Counted from the stretch's first letter, positions 9,494 through 19,823 are shown. The stretch is 64,000 bases of DNA from Candidatus Moraniibacteriota bacterium (GCA_016699425.1 CP064975.1:789698-853697), one strand, 5' to 3'. Numbers and translations: made by a program. Notes: generated from the sequence alone by a model not told the origin.

Positions 9494-10230
9494 GCTAACC
9501 TCCGTAAACAGGTTTGGTTGAGGGGGCAGGTATCAGACTGGGGAGAGGATTCATGACAGAAATGCCTGCCTACAGACCAGAGTGCAGTACCGAGTAAAGC
9601 TGGAAACTGAGGGTAGTTTGCTTGCAAACAGTCATGCAGTTCCTTCAGTCCATCCTTGGTATCGGTGTCGAATAGACCGCTCCTGGAGAGAACCCGCTTG
9701 AGATGCACATCGAGAGCTAATGGGAGGCTACCGATATCCGTAAAATGAATGCCGAAGTCTCTTGCAAGCATGAGGATCGCAAGATTCGCTTTCTTTTCGC
9801 CGATCCCGCTTAACTTGAGGAAGTTCTTTCGAGCGGTAGCGACTGTTCCGTCGCCCTTCCACAAGTTTTCTGATTGGGCATCAAACTCAGATACCAACAC
9901 CGCACAGCTTGCGATGAGATACCTCGCCATGTTGCCGGGATACCTGTGGAGTGCTTTTTTCTCTGCGACAACCCGCTTCAGCTCCTCTATGTTCATTGAG
10001 GCAATCTTTTGGGCATCAAGATGTCCTAGACGTTCCTGCAAGACGAGAGGTGCCTCCCAAGCTAAGCGTGATTGGATGCTCTGATCAAAGATGAGTCCGA
10101 TCACAAAAGCGAGTGGGTTGCTGAATATCAAGGCGTTCGCTTTCTCTGAGTGCGAGTACCCCTTCTCTTCCGAGGACTCCTCCCTCCATATCGACTCCCC
10201 CTGAAGTAGTCCCTCTTTCACTGGGCTCAA
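9490..10230 (-). CDS. HhH-GPD superfamily DNA glycosylase (endonuclease III-like)
   Basis: HhH GIGEKKANLAI, LDVHLKRV matching EndoIII VDTHIFRV, C-terminal Cys cluster. Confidence 0.6.
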   Translation of the reverse strand: MSPVKEGLLQGESIWREESSEEKGYSHSEKANALIFSNPLAFVIGLIFDQSIQSRLAWEAPLVLQERLGHLDAQKIASMNIEELKRVVAEKKALHRYPGNMARYLIASCAVLVSEFDAQSENLWKGDGTVATARKNFLKLSGIGEKKANLAILMLARDFGIHFTDIGSLPLALDVHLKRVLSRSGLFDTDTKDGLKELHDCLQANYPQFPALLGTALWSVGRHFCHESSPQSDTCPLNQTCLRRLA

Positions 10231-10287
10231 CCATCTTCGACAGATTAGGATTTTCTTGCTAAACTTTAGGGCATTAATCCGCTTTTT

Positions 10288-11007
10288 TTGCGTATGGAAA
10301 ATCCCGCGACAGCTGCAGCGACCACCCTGCCAACAGAATCCACCCCGGCCCCGAAAGTGAAACAGTCAAAGCGCCAGGTCAGCAACCGGACCCTCATCCT
10401 CGGATTCATCGCCGCCTTTATCCTCGGGAGTGCCTACGGCTATCGCAGTCTCTTCATCGCGGCGACCATCGACGGCCAACCCGTGAGCCGCCTCGCCGTC
10501 ATCCGGCAACTGGAAAAGCAAGGGGGTGAAAACGCGCTCAACGCGCTCATCACCGAGCGACTTATCGCGGCCGAAGCCGTCCGTGCTGGAGTAGTTGTCG
10601 ATCCAGCCGACATCGACAAAGAGATTGAGAATATCAAGTCACAAGTGAGCGCCCAAGGCATGACGCTCGATGATGCGCTCGCCCAGCAAGGTATGACGCT
10701 CGATGATGTCCGCGAACAAATCACAACTCAGCAGCAATTGAAACTCATCCTTGGCGATTCCTTGAACGTCACTGACGCCGACATTGATGACTACATCGCC
10801 AAGACCAAACTCACGGTTCCGAAAAACATGAGCGAAGAAGATTTCCGATCCAAGATTAAAGCACAGCTCAACAGCCAGAAGTTCGGGACGGAAGCCGACC
10901 GCTGGATCACTGCCGCCCGCGAAAAAGCCGATATCAAGTACTTTGTCGGCTATGGCAAGGCCCCGGTCACAGAACCAGCAACGGCCACTGGCAGCGCCAC
11001 TCCCTAA
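10288..11007 (+). CDS. membrane-anchored SurA N-terminal-domain-like chaperone protein
   Basis: N-terminal TM helix then SurA_N-like region; contains 27-nt tandem duplication (GMTLDD x2). Confidence 0.5.
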   Translation: MRMENPATAAATTLPTESTPAPKVKQSKRQVSNRTLILGFIAAFILGSAYGYRSLFIAATIDGQPVSRLAVIRQLEKQGGENALNALITERLIAAEAVRAGVVVDPADIDKEIENIKSQVSAQGMTLDDALAQQGMTLDDVREQITTQQQLKLILGDSLNVTDADIDDYIAKTKLTVPKNMSEEDFRSKIKAQLNSQKFGTEADRWITAAREKADIKYFVGYGKAPVTEPATATGSATP

Positions 11008-11214
11008 GTTACCAGTCATCTCCCTTTTCCGATAACAACATCAGCTCACCTATTCCTGGTAGGCTGATGTTTTATTTTTTAACTTCTGTAGTAAGCTAGA
11101 GACTTAATATAGCGAGGACGACGCGAGTTTCTAGGAGGTGGCTGAAGGCTATTGTTAGCTGTACACTTATATATTTCATATCTAGTACTATACTGACAGT
11201 AGTGATAATACCCT

Positions 11215-11553
11215 ATGTATCAAGTGCCAGGTAAGAAATCCGTCCTCTCTACTAACTGCCCCAAACAGGCGCTTGAGATATTTGGTGATGCCCAGACACT
11301 TGCCATCATCGATACACTAGCCAGCGGTGAGCTCCGCTACTGCGCTCTCCAACGCGCCCTCGGCAACATGAACCCGGTCACGCTCGCCCGCCGGCTGAAG
11401 AAACTTGAAGCTGAGAGTATTATTGAGCGACGTGAGGAAACTATCGATAAATTGTCAGTTACCTACCGCTTGCAAGAGAAGGGTCGAGACATGCTCCCGG
11501 TCCTCCGAAGCATCAAGACTTTCGCCGAAACACACTTGAGAAATGGGATATGA
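11215..11553 (+). CDS. HxlR family winged-helix transcriptional regulator
   Basis: CP..AL...G..W...I...L..G..RY..L pattern typical of HxlR. Confidence 0.7.
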   Translation: MYQVPGKKSVLSTNCPKQALEIFGDAQTLAIIDTLASGELRYCALQRALGNMNPVTLARRLKKLEAESIIERREETIDKLSVTYRLQEKGRDMLPVLRSIKTFAETHLRNGI

Positions 11554-12128
11554 GTCGAGTACGAACCGCTGAAAAAATTCGTTGTCATTGGGTACCCGCT
11601 GAGCATACTCTCTACGAACGCTACCACGATACCGAGTGGAGCGTACCGGTGAAGCGTGATCGGATATTCTTTGAGTTCCTCCTCCTCGAAAGTGCTCAGG
11701 CTGGTTTGTCTTGGGCGACCATTTTGAAGCGACGCGCTGGCTATGCCCAGGCTTTTGCTGGTTTCGATGCCGAACAAGTCGCCCGTTTTAGCAGCCGCGA
11801 TATCGCCCGACTTATGAGTGACACCCGTATCATCCGGAATCGCCTGAAGATTGTGAGTGCCATCAGCAATGCCCAAGTATTCCTTGCCATCCGCCAAGAG
11901 TTCGGCACCTTCTCGAAATATGTCTGGCGCTTTGTCGGAGGGAAACCGCAGCATTCACCCCGATGGAAGCCCCGCACCACGAGTCCCGAAGCCACGTCCC
12001 TGGCAGCTGATCTAAAACGTCGTGGTTTCAAATTCTTTGGCCCTGTGATCGCCTACGCCTTTATGCAAGCGACCGGGCTTGTCGATGACCACGAACCGAC
12101 CTGCTTTCTCTCTCGTTCTAAAACCTAA
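11550..12128 (+). CDS. tag: DNA-3-methyladenine glycosylase I
   Basis: RCHWV...YHDTEWSVPV...FEFLLLESAQAGLSW hallmark of Tag. Confidence 0.85.
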   Translation: MSRVRTAEKIRCHWVPAEHTLYERYHDTEWSVPVKRDRIFFEFLLLESAQAGLSWATILKRRAGYAQAFAGFDAEQVARFSSRDIARLMSDTRIIRNRLKIVSAISNAQVFLAIRQEFGTFSKYVWRFVGGKPQHSPRWKPRTTSPEATSLAADLKRRGFKFFGPVIAYAFMQATGLVDDHEPTCFLSRSKT

Positions 12129-12150
12129 TCTTTCACAACTCTTTTCAACC

Positions 12151-12645
12151 ATGAATACACTCATCATTATCGGTGCGATTCTCGCCATCATCGGTGTCAT
12201 CGGTAGTCTCATCCCAGCCCTCCCCGGACCGGTTCTCGGCTATGCCGCCCTCGTGCTCCTCTACGTCGCCCGAGGTCCGACGGGTATCTCACTCGTTTCC
12301 CTCGGCGTCTTCGGCGTCTTGCTTATGCTCGTGACCATACTCGGGTATGTCGCCCCCGTCTGGGGTGCGCGGTTATCAGGTGCCTCCCGACGAGGACTCT
12401 GGGGCGCAGTCATCGGAGCGATCTTCGGAATTGTATTTTTCCTCCCACTCGGTCTCTTTCTCGGCGCCTTCATTGGAGCCATCCTCGGTGAACTTTCCAC
12501 TGGCAAAAATGGTGGTGCAGCTCTCAAAGCAGGTGTCGGTACCCTCCTGGGGTCTGTCATGATTATCATCCTGCAGACCCTCTTCGCCCTCGTGATGGCC
12601 GGATATTTCTTCTTCCGCCTTATCCATACATCATCCCTACTATGA
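12151..12645 (+). CDS. DUF456 family membrane protein
   Basis: multi-TM with GP.LGY motif; ATG at 12151 preferred over upstream TTG overlapping tag. Confidence 0.55.
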   Translation: MNTLIIIGAILAIIGVIGSLIPALPGPVLGYAALVLLYVARGPTGISLVSLGVFGVLLMLVTILGYVAPVWGARLSGASRRGLWGAVIGAIFGIVFFLPLGLFLGAFIGAILGELSTGKNGGAALKAGVGTLLGSVMIIILQTLFALVMAGYFFFRLIHTSSLL

Positions 12646-13349
12646 ACACCCGATTCTTTTCAGCGGCCAAGCGCGGCCACATCACCTGGGACTGGCTCGA
12701 TACGTATCATTCATTCAGTTTCGGCCACTTCTACGATCCTGAACTGATGGGTTTCGGGGCGCTGCGGGTCGTGAACGATGACACCATCGCACCAGATCAA
12801 GGCTTCGGTCAACATCCGCACAACGACATGGAAATCATCACCATCCCCCTCTCGGGCGCCGTCGAGCACCAGGACAATTCCGGTGCGCACGGCATCACAC
12901 CGACCGGCTCTGTCCAGGTCATGTCAGCTGGCCGACACGTCGCCCACTCAGAGCGGAACGCTTCAGCCACCGAACCACTCACTCTCTTCCAAATCTGGAT
13001 CGAGCCCAAAAGCTATGGCATCGACCCACGCTATGCAGAGGAGGCTTTTGATCCGAAGGAACGCGAAAACGCCTGGCAGCTCGTGGTTTCCAATGACGCT
13101 CGCGAAGGATCGCTTTCCATCCACCAAGATGCCTTTATCTCACTCGGCCGATACAGAGTGAATCGTCCCTTCCAGTATACCCTGCGAGAAGCCGGCCACG
13201 TCGCTTTCCTCATGGTGATCGCTGGTCAAGCACAGATCGCCGGGTACGAGCTCGGCCGCCGCGACGCACTCGGGATAAGTGACGCTGACAGCTTCAAAGG
13301 CATCATGACCGAGGCTGGCGAACTGATGGTCATCGAAGTTCCCGCCTGA
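12642..13349 (+). CDS. pirin family protein
   Basis: GFGQHPHNDMEIITIPLSGAVEHQD matches pirin N-terminal cupin motif. Confidence 0.85.
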   Translation: MNTRFFSAAKRGHITWDWLDTYHSFSFGHFYDPELMGFGALRVVNDDTIAPDQGFGQHPHNDMEIITIPLSGAVEHQDNSGAHGITPTGSVQVMSAGRHVAHSERNASATEPLTLFQIWIEPKSYGIDPRYAEEAFDPKERENAWQLVVSNDAREGSLSIHQDAFISLGRYRVNRPFQYTLREAGHVAFLMVIAGQAQIAGYELGRRDALGISDADSFKGIMTEAGELMVIEVPA

Positions 13350-13384
13350 GGGAGAAATGAAACGTTGACCGAAAAGAAAACCGC

Positions 13385-13420
13385 CCGATCTCTCGGGCGA
13401 TTATCTTTTCGGAGCTTAGG
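13385..13420. terminator. bidirectional intrinsic terminator
   Basis: AAAACCGCCCGATCTCTCGGGCGATTATCTTTT hairpin between convergent pirin and RRM genes. Confidence 0.5.
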
Positions 13421-13682
13421 CCTGGTCCCGGTTCTCGAGAGGGCGCGCCTCGTTGACTGTCAACGTGCGACCATCGAGTTCCTTGCCATGCCAGAGTTCG
13501 ATGGCTTTGGCTGCCTCTTCCGGAGTGGACATCTCGACGAACCCGAAACCGCGTGAGCGGCCTGTGGCTCGGTCGATGATGATCTTCGTAGAGACAACCG
13601 TACCAGCCTGCGAGAAGGCGACCTTCAGGTCTTCCTCTGTGGAGCGATACGGGATGCCACCGATGTACAGACGTGTCGACAT
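13416..13682 (-). CDS. RNA-binding protein (RRM domain)
   Basis: RNP-2 LYIGGI and RNP-1 RGFGFVEM. Confidence 0.85.
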   Translation of the reverse strand: MSTRLYIGGIPYRSTEEDLKVAFSQAGTVVSTKIIIDRATGRSRGFGFVEMSTPEEAAKAIELWHGKELDGRTLTVNEARPLENRDQA

Positions 13683-13902
13683 AGTGTGTAGAACTCTCTA
13701 GTTATGCAAACTACGTAAGACGACCTTCTGGCTTCATTCACGTAACTAGCGGGCACTGGAAAGTAGCCGACACCGTACACGCCGAAATTCCGACCGAGAA
13801 ACCTTACTGTTGCACCTAGAACATAGCATGAACCGGCCATAAAGGCAAGGGGCGAGACCTGTGCTACAATAGCCTTGAAACATAATCCTCGAACATTACC
13901 GT

Positions 13903-14124
13903 ATGCAGAAAACGACGCATTTCGCAGTTTCCCGGGACAAGCAGGGTGGGTATCGATGGAAGCTCGTTGGTGCCAATGGCGAGACTGTCGCTACCGGTGA
14001 GAGTTACAAGACGCGCACATCTATGATGAACGCTGTGAAGAAGCTCCGTGTCTGGGCCGCTACCGATCGAGTCGAGGAGCCGAAGAGCAAGCCAGCTCCG
14101 AAGAAAACGATTAAGAAAGCCTAG
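13903..14124 (+). CDS. DUF1508 (YegP-like) domain protein
   Basis: FAVSRDKQGGYRWKLVGANGETVATGESYKT pattern; extended -10 TGCTACAAT upstream. Confidence 0.75.
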   Translation: MQKTTHFAVSRDKQGGYRWKLVGANGETVATGESYKTRTSMMNAVKKLRVWAATDRVEEPKSKPAPKKTIKKA

Positions 14125-14182
14125 AGCCTATCCCTATAGGTTCTTCGTTACGCTGTCGGTATTTTCCGATTGGGGTAGGTCC

Positions 14183-15172
14183 TTAACCCGCGAAAGCGGG
14201 TTTTTCCTTTCTCTCCGTATCACTTGAAATCATCCAGCCCTTCCGGCGAACGAGCCACTGGAAAACAATGAGTCCGATATTCCACGGCAGCATGGACAGT
14301 ATCACGACGAGCATCGCCGCCGGATCACGGAAGAGCGTCTCAGCCAAAAATATCGCGAGGGTGAAATTCATATACGAGAGAGAAAGTGTCACGGTAATCC
14401 GGTCCCGGCGAGAACGCCAGAAACCGATGGCATAGCAAGCGAGATGGAACAAAACGAGCAACCCCGACATGATGAGGAAAGCGGTCAGAGCGTCGCTCCC
14501 GACGAAACCGCTCCGGATGGCTGCGCTGTTTTTCGAAGCAATCGTCCCAATCAGAAGCCATAGGGCGAGAATGGAACTGAAGCGTGAGAGTGACTGCCCC
14601 TTGACGATGAGGTCCCGACCGAATGGAAATGCCCGGACTGCCTGTGCGAGCGCAATCGGTACCGCCATGATAAACAGTAGGGTCCGAAATATCATCCACG
14701 GATCAAAGACTGTCGACTCCCCGCCCAGGAGGCCGAGAATGATCGGCAGCGTGATAACTGAGAGGAGCGATGTCCCTGCCGTCAGAAACAGTGCGAGCGG
14801 AACATTCCCTCGCACCATATCGACGAACAGGGGCGAAGTCATCCCCGCTGGCATCGCCGCCAAGAGCACCAGCGGCATCATGAGGTGCGGGAAGAAAACC
14901 ACTGCCAAAAGATAGACGAAGAGCGGAAAAACTACCAGCCGAAAAAGTGACACAGCCGCAAACAGTTTCATATCTCGCAGTTCGGAAAAAATTGCACGGG
15001 CATCGATCCGGAGTCCGCTCGTGAAAAAAATAAACTGCAGAAGGATACCAGTCCATCCAAAGTACGGCGAAAACCACGTAGGGAAAGCCAAGCCGCAACA
15101 TAAAGCCGCCGCCAGCCCGAGGAAAGGCAGATCATCGAGTCGGCGGTGGACACCGGTTGGCATGGAAGTCAT
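14183..15172 (-). CDS. bile acid:sodium symporter (BASS/AEC-like) family membrane transporter
   Basis: about 9-10 TM segments, family-level call only. Confidence 0.45.
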   Translation of the reverse strand: MTSMPTGVHRRLDDLPFLGLAAALCCGLAFPTWFSPYFGWTGILLQFIFFTSGLRIDARAIFSELRDMKLFAAVSLFRLVVFPLFVYLLAVVFFPHLMMPLVLLAAMPAGMTSPLFVDMVRGNVPLALFLTAGTSLLSVITLPIILGLLGGESTVFDPWMIFRTLLFIMAVPIALAQAVRAFPFGRDLIVKGQSLSRFSSILALWLLIGTIASKNSAAIRSGFVGSDALTAFLIMSGLLVLFHLACYAIGFWRSRRDRITVTLSLSYMNFTLAIFLAETLFRDPAAMLVVILSMLPWNIGLIVFQWLVRRKGWMISSDTERKEKPAFAG

Positions 15173-15795
15173 CGTGCGTGAATAATGGATTCGACAGCTG
15201 GAGCAATCCGATCAGAGATTTTTCGGTAGCCCGCATCGTTTGGGTGGATCGTATCACTCATGAGGGCTGGATCGCCGAAGACCCCCTGCAACGCGTCCTC
15301 GATATACAGCGCACCAGTCGCTCGTGCCAATGTCTGATACCGATCGTCTGCTCCCCCTCCTATGATACCGCTTCTCACACCGATAAGCACCACGGCCGCC
15401 CCAGCTGATTGAAACGCGGCAATCAATGACTGAAGATTTGCGAAAGTCTCATCGCGCGGCACCCGCTGGAGAAAATCATTCCCTCCCAGAAGTATGAGCA
15501 CGAGTCGCGGATGGACCACTTGTGCAGCGGTAACTCGAGTGAGCGCCTGACGCGTCGTATCACCCGCGACACCAAAGTTCAGGACTGGCTCGCCCACGGC
15601 CTCTGACAAAACCGTCGGCAAATCATGCCCCGAAGTCGCCCCTACCCCCGCGACGAGACTGTCTCCGAAAAAGAGTATCGGGCCTGTCTCACGAAGTGGC
15701 ACATTCTTTATAGACGCACCCCTGGACCAAAAAAACCATCCCACTCCGATAACGAGAACAAGAGAAAGAAGCGAAATAATAACTTTTGTCTGCAT
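15169..15795 (-). CDS. SGNH/GDSL hydrolase family protein
   Basis: FGDSL, GGNDF and DTIHPNDAGY blocks; 4-nt overlap with downstream transporter. Confidence 0.8.
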   Translation of the reverse strand: MQTKVIISLLSLVLVIGVGWFFWSRGASIKNVPLRETGPILFFGDSLVAGVGATSGHDLPTVLSEAVGEPVLNFGVAGDTTRQALTRVTAAQVVHPRLVLILLGGNDFLQRVPRDETFANLQSLIAAFQSAGAAVVLIGVRSGIIGGGADDRYQTLARATGALYIEDALQGVFGDPALMSDTIHPNDAGYRKISDRIAPAVESIIHAR

Positions 15796-15849
15796 GTTTT
15801 ATTTTATTTCTACTCGTATTTTACCCTGATTCAAGCCACTCTACGACCC

Positions 15850-15878
15850 TTGACTCAGGAATAGTTTTATGCTAGTAT
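15850..15878 (+). promoter_or_regulatory. sigma70-like promoter TTGACT-N17-TAGTAT
   Basis: hexamers at 15850-15855 and 15873-15878 upstream of small ORF 15933. Confidence 0.4.
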
Positions 15879-15932
15879 ATTGGCAACTGTTCTCTTTCCG
15901 ACCCACAACCCAATCGCTCAAGGGAGCATCTC

Positions 15933-16127
15933 ATGTCACTATTGGAAGAGTTTCACAATCGTTACAAGCATGGCCCGACAGAGCCAGCCAAAAAGATCCT
16001 CTTTGCGGTCTTAGGCGACCTGTTTGGTCGCAAAGGACTCAACAAGGAGTGGGACGGTATCGACGAAGAGACTCAGGAGGAGTTGCTGGAAACAAATCTG
16101 GAAATCATCCTGCGACATCTGCCCTGA
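15933..16127 (+). CDS. small hypothetical protein (64 aa)
   Basis: ORF with good upstream promoter-like hexamers. Confidence 0.4.
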   Translation: MSLLEEFHNRYKHGPTEPAKKILFAVLGDLFGRKGLNKEWDGIDEETQEELLETNLEIILRHLP

Positions 16128-16232
16128 AATAAGATTCCATCCCATAACCCACGAGGTGGTACGCATCTGCGTCCCACCTTGAACTTTTTTTAAACTTCAT
16201 CCCTCTCGATTCTGGATTCCGAATTCCAGATT

Positions 16233-16757
16233 CTATTTTCCCTTCTCATCCGGAATAAAGCGGAGTGCCGCACCATTCATACAATAGCGCCGTCCTGTCG
16301 GAGGCGGGCCGTCTTTGAAGACATGCCCGAGGTGACCACCAGCGGTCGACAAAACTTCCGTCCGCTCTATGAAAAAGCTGTCGTCGACACGCTCGATGAC
16401 CGCTTCGGGACGGATCGGACGAGTGAAGCTGGGCCAACCCGTACCCGAATCAAATTTGTCTTCCGAACGAAAAACTGGCTCGCCCGTATCAGCCGCGACA
16501 TACGTCCCGGATCGTTTCTCGGTATTCAGTGGGCTTGAAAACGGTGCTTCTGTCGCTCCCTCGCGCAGGATAGTGTACGCTTCCGGAGACAGTTTCCTGC
16601 GCCACTCATCTTCGGTCTGCCGTGGCTGATGTGAGAGCTCCTGCCGCACTTCCTGCGCCACCCGTCTAGTGTTCTGCCAATACCAGAACACTCCTCCCGC
16701 ACCGAGGCTGAGCAAAACCAATCCGACAATACAATATCTCATATATTTCAAAGACAC
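16233..16757 (-). CDS. msrB: peptide-methionine (R)-S-oxide reductase MsrB, membrane-anchored
   Basis: GWPSF...HLGHVFKDGPPPTGRRYCMN SelR motif incl. catalytic Cys. Confidence 0.9.
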   Translation of the reverse strand: MSLKYMRYCIVGLVLLSLGAGGVFWYWQNTRRVAQEVRQELSHQPRQTEDEWRRKLSPEAYTILREGATEAPFSSPLNTEKRSGTYVAADTGEPVFRSEDKFDSGTGWPSFTRPIRPEAVIERVDDSFFIERTEVLSTAGGHLGHVFKDGPPPTGRRYCMNGAALRFIPDEKGK

Positions 16758-16784
16758 GTGACTCTTCCTGGCTCAATGTCCTCA

Positions 16785-17558
16785 CTACGCTCGCAACCCA
16801 CGACCAGTTTTGAAGAGGTACCAGGTATAGCCGAAAAGACCAACCGTGAGTGTGATAAGGAGGCCAGCCGCAAAAGGCACGGAAACGTCTGAGACACCGA
16901 GGAAACCATAACGAAAACCGTTGATCATATAGAGGATCGGATTCCAATGCGAAACCGCCTGCCAAAATGGCGGGAGCATAGTCACTGAATAGAAAATCCC
17001 TCCGAGATAGGTCAGTGGCGTCAGAACAAAATTCGGTACGATGGAAATGCCATCAAAGCTGTTCGCAAAGACGCCATTGAGAAGCCCTACCATCGAAAAA
17101 AGAATCGAGGTAAGTAGCGCGAAGAGAAGCATGACGAGCGGATGAGCCATGGTGATGTCTGTGAAGAAGCTCGCCACCACCATGACGAGCGTGGCGATGG
17201 TCATGCCTCGCAGCACTCCGCCAGTGACATAGCCAGCGATGACGACTGGGTACGGTGTCGGCGAGACCATAATCTCTTCGAGTGTTTTCTGAAACTTGGC
17301 AAAGTAGAAAGACGAGACTGTATGCATGAATGAGCTCATGATGACTGACATCATGATCAGTCCGGGTACGATGAACTCCATGTAGGAATACCCGTTGATC
17401 GGTGCGATCTGCGAACCGATGAAGCCACCGAAGATGACGAAATAGAGCGACATCGTGACAACCGGCGGCAAGAGTGTTTGCGACCAGACCCGCAGGTATC
17501 GGATTGCTTCCTTACGGACAATCGTGAGATATGCTACCCAAAGTTCAGTCGAATTCAT
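16785..17558 (-). CDS. ABC-2 type transporter permease
   Basis: 6-TM ABC-2 architecture, directly downstream of ATPase. Confidence 0.8.
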   Translation of the reverse strand: MNSTELWVAYLTIVRKEAIRYLRVWSQTLLPPVVTMSLYFVIFGGFIGSQIAPINGYSYMEFIVPGLIMMSVIMSSFMHTVSSFYFAKFQKTLEEIMVSPTPYPVVIAGYVTGGVLRGMTIATLVMVVASFFTDITMAHPLVMLLFALLTSILFSMVGLLNGVFANSFDGISIVPNFVLTPLTYLGGIFYSVTMLPPFWQAVSHWNPILYMINGFRYGFLGVSDVSVPFAAGLLITLTVGLFGYTWYLFKTGRGLRA

Positions 17559-17562
17559 ACGC

Positions 17563-18480
17563 TTAGGATTTTTGAGTCTTCTGGACGAAGAATTCCTCGA
17601 GCCGATTCGTCTTGTTACGGAGACTTTTCACTTCGAGACCGAGTCCATGCAGTGCCAAGAGGGCTTTGTCCAGAGTATGATCCTTGGTCAGAGTCAGCTC
17701 GACGGATCGGTCACCGGCCATGGCCCGGAACGGCTGGAGCGAGTGCGTCATATCGACGGTCAACGCACTCCCCAGATCAAAGACAAACGTCTCCTCTTCC
17801 ATGGAGGCGAGCAATGTTTTGATTTCCCCGTGCTCCACAATCTCGCCCTGATTGATGATCGCGACGTGCCGACAGAGCTGTTCAGCTTCCTCCAGATAGT
17901 GGGTTGTGAGGATGATAGTGACACCTGAGGCATTTAGTTCGCGCAGGAAATCCCACATCCCTCGCCGGAGCTCGATGTCGACCCCGGCCGTCGGTTCATC
18001 GAGGATCAGGAGTCTCGGCTCGTGGACCAGCCCGCGGGCAATCATGAGGCGACGCTTCATACCACCCGAAAGGGCCCGGGCCTGTTCATGCCGCTTTTCC
18101 CACAAGCCCAGCTGTTTCAGATATTTCTCTGCGGCAATGAGTGCACGTTTCCGAGGGATGCCATAGTAACCAGCCTGATCAACGATGATGTCTTCGACCT
18201 TCTCAAAGATACCAAAGTTGAATTCCTGCGGGACAACACCGACATGCTGTTTCGCCTTGGCTGGTTCATCGTCGATCGAGAGTCCACCGATACGCACCTG
18301 ACCAGCATCCTTATTCACGAGTCCGGAGACGATACCGATCAGGGTCGTTTTACCAGCACCATTCGGACCGAGGAGAGCAAAGAAGTCCCCCTCCGCCACA
18401 TCGAGGCTGACCCCCTTGAGGGCCACTACGCCGCTACCGTAGGTCTTCTTCAGATTTTCGATCGACAATGCCGAGGCCAT
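17563..18480 (-). CDS. ABC transporter ATP-binding protein
   Basis: GPNGAGKTTL, LSGGMKRRL, ILDEPTAGVD. Confidence 0.9.
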   Translation of the reverse strand: MASALSIENLKKTYGSGVVALKGVSLDVAEGDFFALLGPNGAGKTTLIGIVSGLVNKDAGQVRIGGLSIDDEPAKAKQHVGVVPQEFNFGIFEKVEDIIVDQAGYYGIPRKRALIAAEKYLKQLGLWEKRHEQARALSGGMKRRLMIARGLVHEPRLLILDEPTAGVDIELRRGMWDFLRELNASGVTIILTTHYLEEAEQLCRHVAIINQGEIVEHGEIKTLLASMEEETFVFDLGSALTVDMTHSLQPFRAMAGDRSVELTLTKDHTLDKALLALHGLGLEVKSLRNKTNRLEEFFVQKTQKS

Positions 18481-18485
18481 AGCGA

Positions 18486-19004
18486 TTACTGTGCATTCGG
18501 CTTCAACGGCAGCGCACCGATAAAGTCCGCCTTGCCGAGCAGAACACCCTGGTTTCGAAGGATAGCGTACGCCGTCGTCACATGAAAGAAAAAGTTCGGC
18601 AAGTAAGACCGCAAAAGCGCCTCATGTCCCAACAGATACGTATCCGGGACATAAGGGAATGGGATATGACGGTCCTCAGCCCCCTCGAATTTCTCCCGAT
18701 TCAAAGTCTGAAGGTAGACCACAGTCTTGCGTGTGCGCTCAATCAGCTCCGCGAAGGTTGCCTCAATATCTTCCATCTTGGGGGGCTCTTCGCCAGCGAG
18801 CCGGGCCGAGATGGACTTCGCATTGTCCGATGCGATCTGAACCTGTTTCACTAGCGAGAACATATCCGGAGCGAGCCTGGCTTGGAGTACATCCTCATCA
18901 GACTTCCCGTTTTCAGTCGCCCAGACCTCGGCCTTCGCGAGTATGCCAGCGAGATTTTCAAGCATTGTGATAAAGACTGGTACCGAAGCATCATAGAGGT
19001 TCAT
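18486..19004 (-). CDS. DUF1993 family protein
   Basis: N-terminus MNLYDASVPVFITMLENL resembles DUF1993. Confidence 0.5.
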   Translation of the reverse strand: MNLYDASVPVFITMLENLAGILAKAEVWATENGKSDEDVLQARLAPDMFSLVKQVQIASDNAKSISARLAGEEPPKMEDIEATFAELIERTRKTVVYLQTLNREKFEGAEDRHIPFPYVPDTYLLGHEALLRSYLPNFFFHVTTAYAILRNQGVLLGKADFIGALPLKPNAQ

Positions 19005-19058
19005 ATCCTTGCCCTTAACAAATTAGGTCTGCGATAAACAAAAACGTAAACCGTAGCC

Positions 19059-19823
19059 TCAAAGGATTTCGTAGGTCAGTGTCACATTGACCGTCGTTTC
19101 GTTTGACCCTGGCTCGATCGATGGGGCCGGCACATTGGCAACCGCCGATTTCGCACTAAGCATATCCCCCTCTCCGCCAAAACCAAAGACATTCGGTGTT
19201 TCATAGATTGAAACAAGTTGTCCCATCTCAAACCCGGCGTCCGACGCGATCCGAATGGCTTTTGCCTTCGCTTTCTCTATGGCTTCCTTCCGTGCATCAG
19301 CCTTGGCTGCGTCTTCATCCTCAACCGTGAACGTGACTTGCGAAACACTGTTGGCACCCTTGGTCACCACGCCCGAGAGTAGGTCTCCGATCTTCTCGGT
19401 ATCGCGAACTGTGACACGAAGCGTCTGCGTCAACGAATAGCCACTGATACTCGGCTGCGGACAAGTTGAGAGCCCAGTGCAATTCGGATAGTCGTAACGT
19501 GGTGAGAGAGTGTATTCATCCGTTTTCAGATCTTTCTCCGCGACAGCTGACTCCTTGAGAAAGGCCGTAACAGCATTCATCTTTTCTGTATTCTTCGCCT
19601 GGACATCGACAACATCTTTCCCATCATCCGTCACGACCGAGACAGAGAACTTGGCGACATCCGGAGAAACCTCGATCCGACCCTCACCATCTGCTGAAAA
19701 AGTCCGAGTGGGATAGGTCTTGTCGACTGAGCGCGCGTATTCCACCGCAGCGAGGAGGGCAGCGATAGCGATCAGCAGCCAAGCAAGGGATTTGACTGAG
19801 TGGCGCGTGGATTCTTCGAACAT
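19059..19823 (-). CDS. SIMPL (DUF541) domain exported protein
   Basis: N-terminal TM, SIMPL-like core; last gene of efflux operon. Confidence 0.65.
   Translation of the reverse strand: MFEESTRHSVKSLAWLLIAIAALLAAVEYARSVDKTYPTRTFSADGEGRIEVSPDVAKFSVSVVTDDGKDVVDVQAKNTEKMNAVTAFLKESAVAEKDLKTDEYTLSPRYDYPNCTGLSTCPQPSISGYSLTQTLRVTVRDTEKIGDLLSGVVTKGANSVSQVTFTVEDEDAAKADARKEAIEKAKAKAIRIASDAGFEMGQLVSIYETPNVFGFGGEGDMLSAKSAVANVPAPSIEPGSNETTVNVTLTYEIL

Noticed and set aside
12079-12150. TTG start for the DUF456 gene overlapping tag by 50 nt
   Set aside because: The ATG at 12151, immediately after the tag stop, gives a protein beginning in the first TM helix, as is typical of the family.
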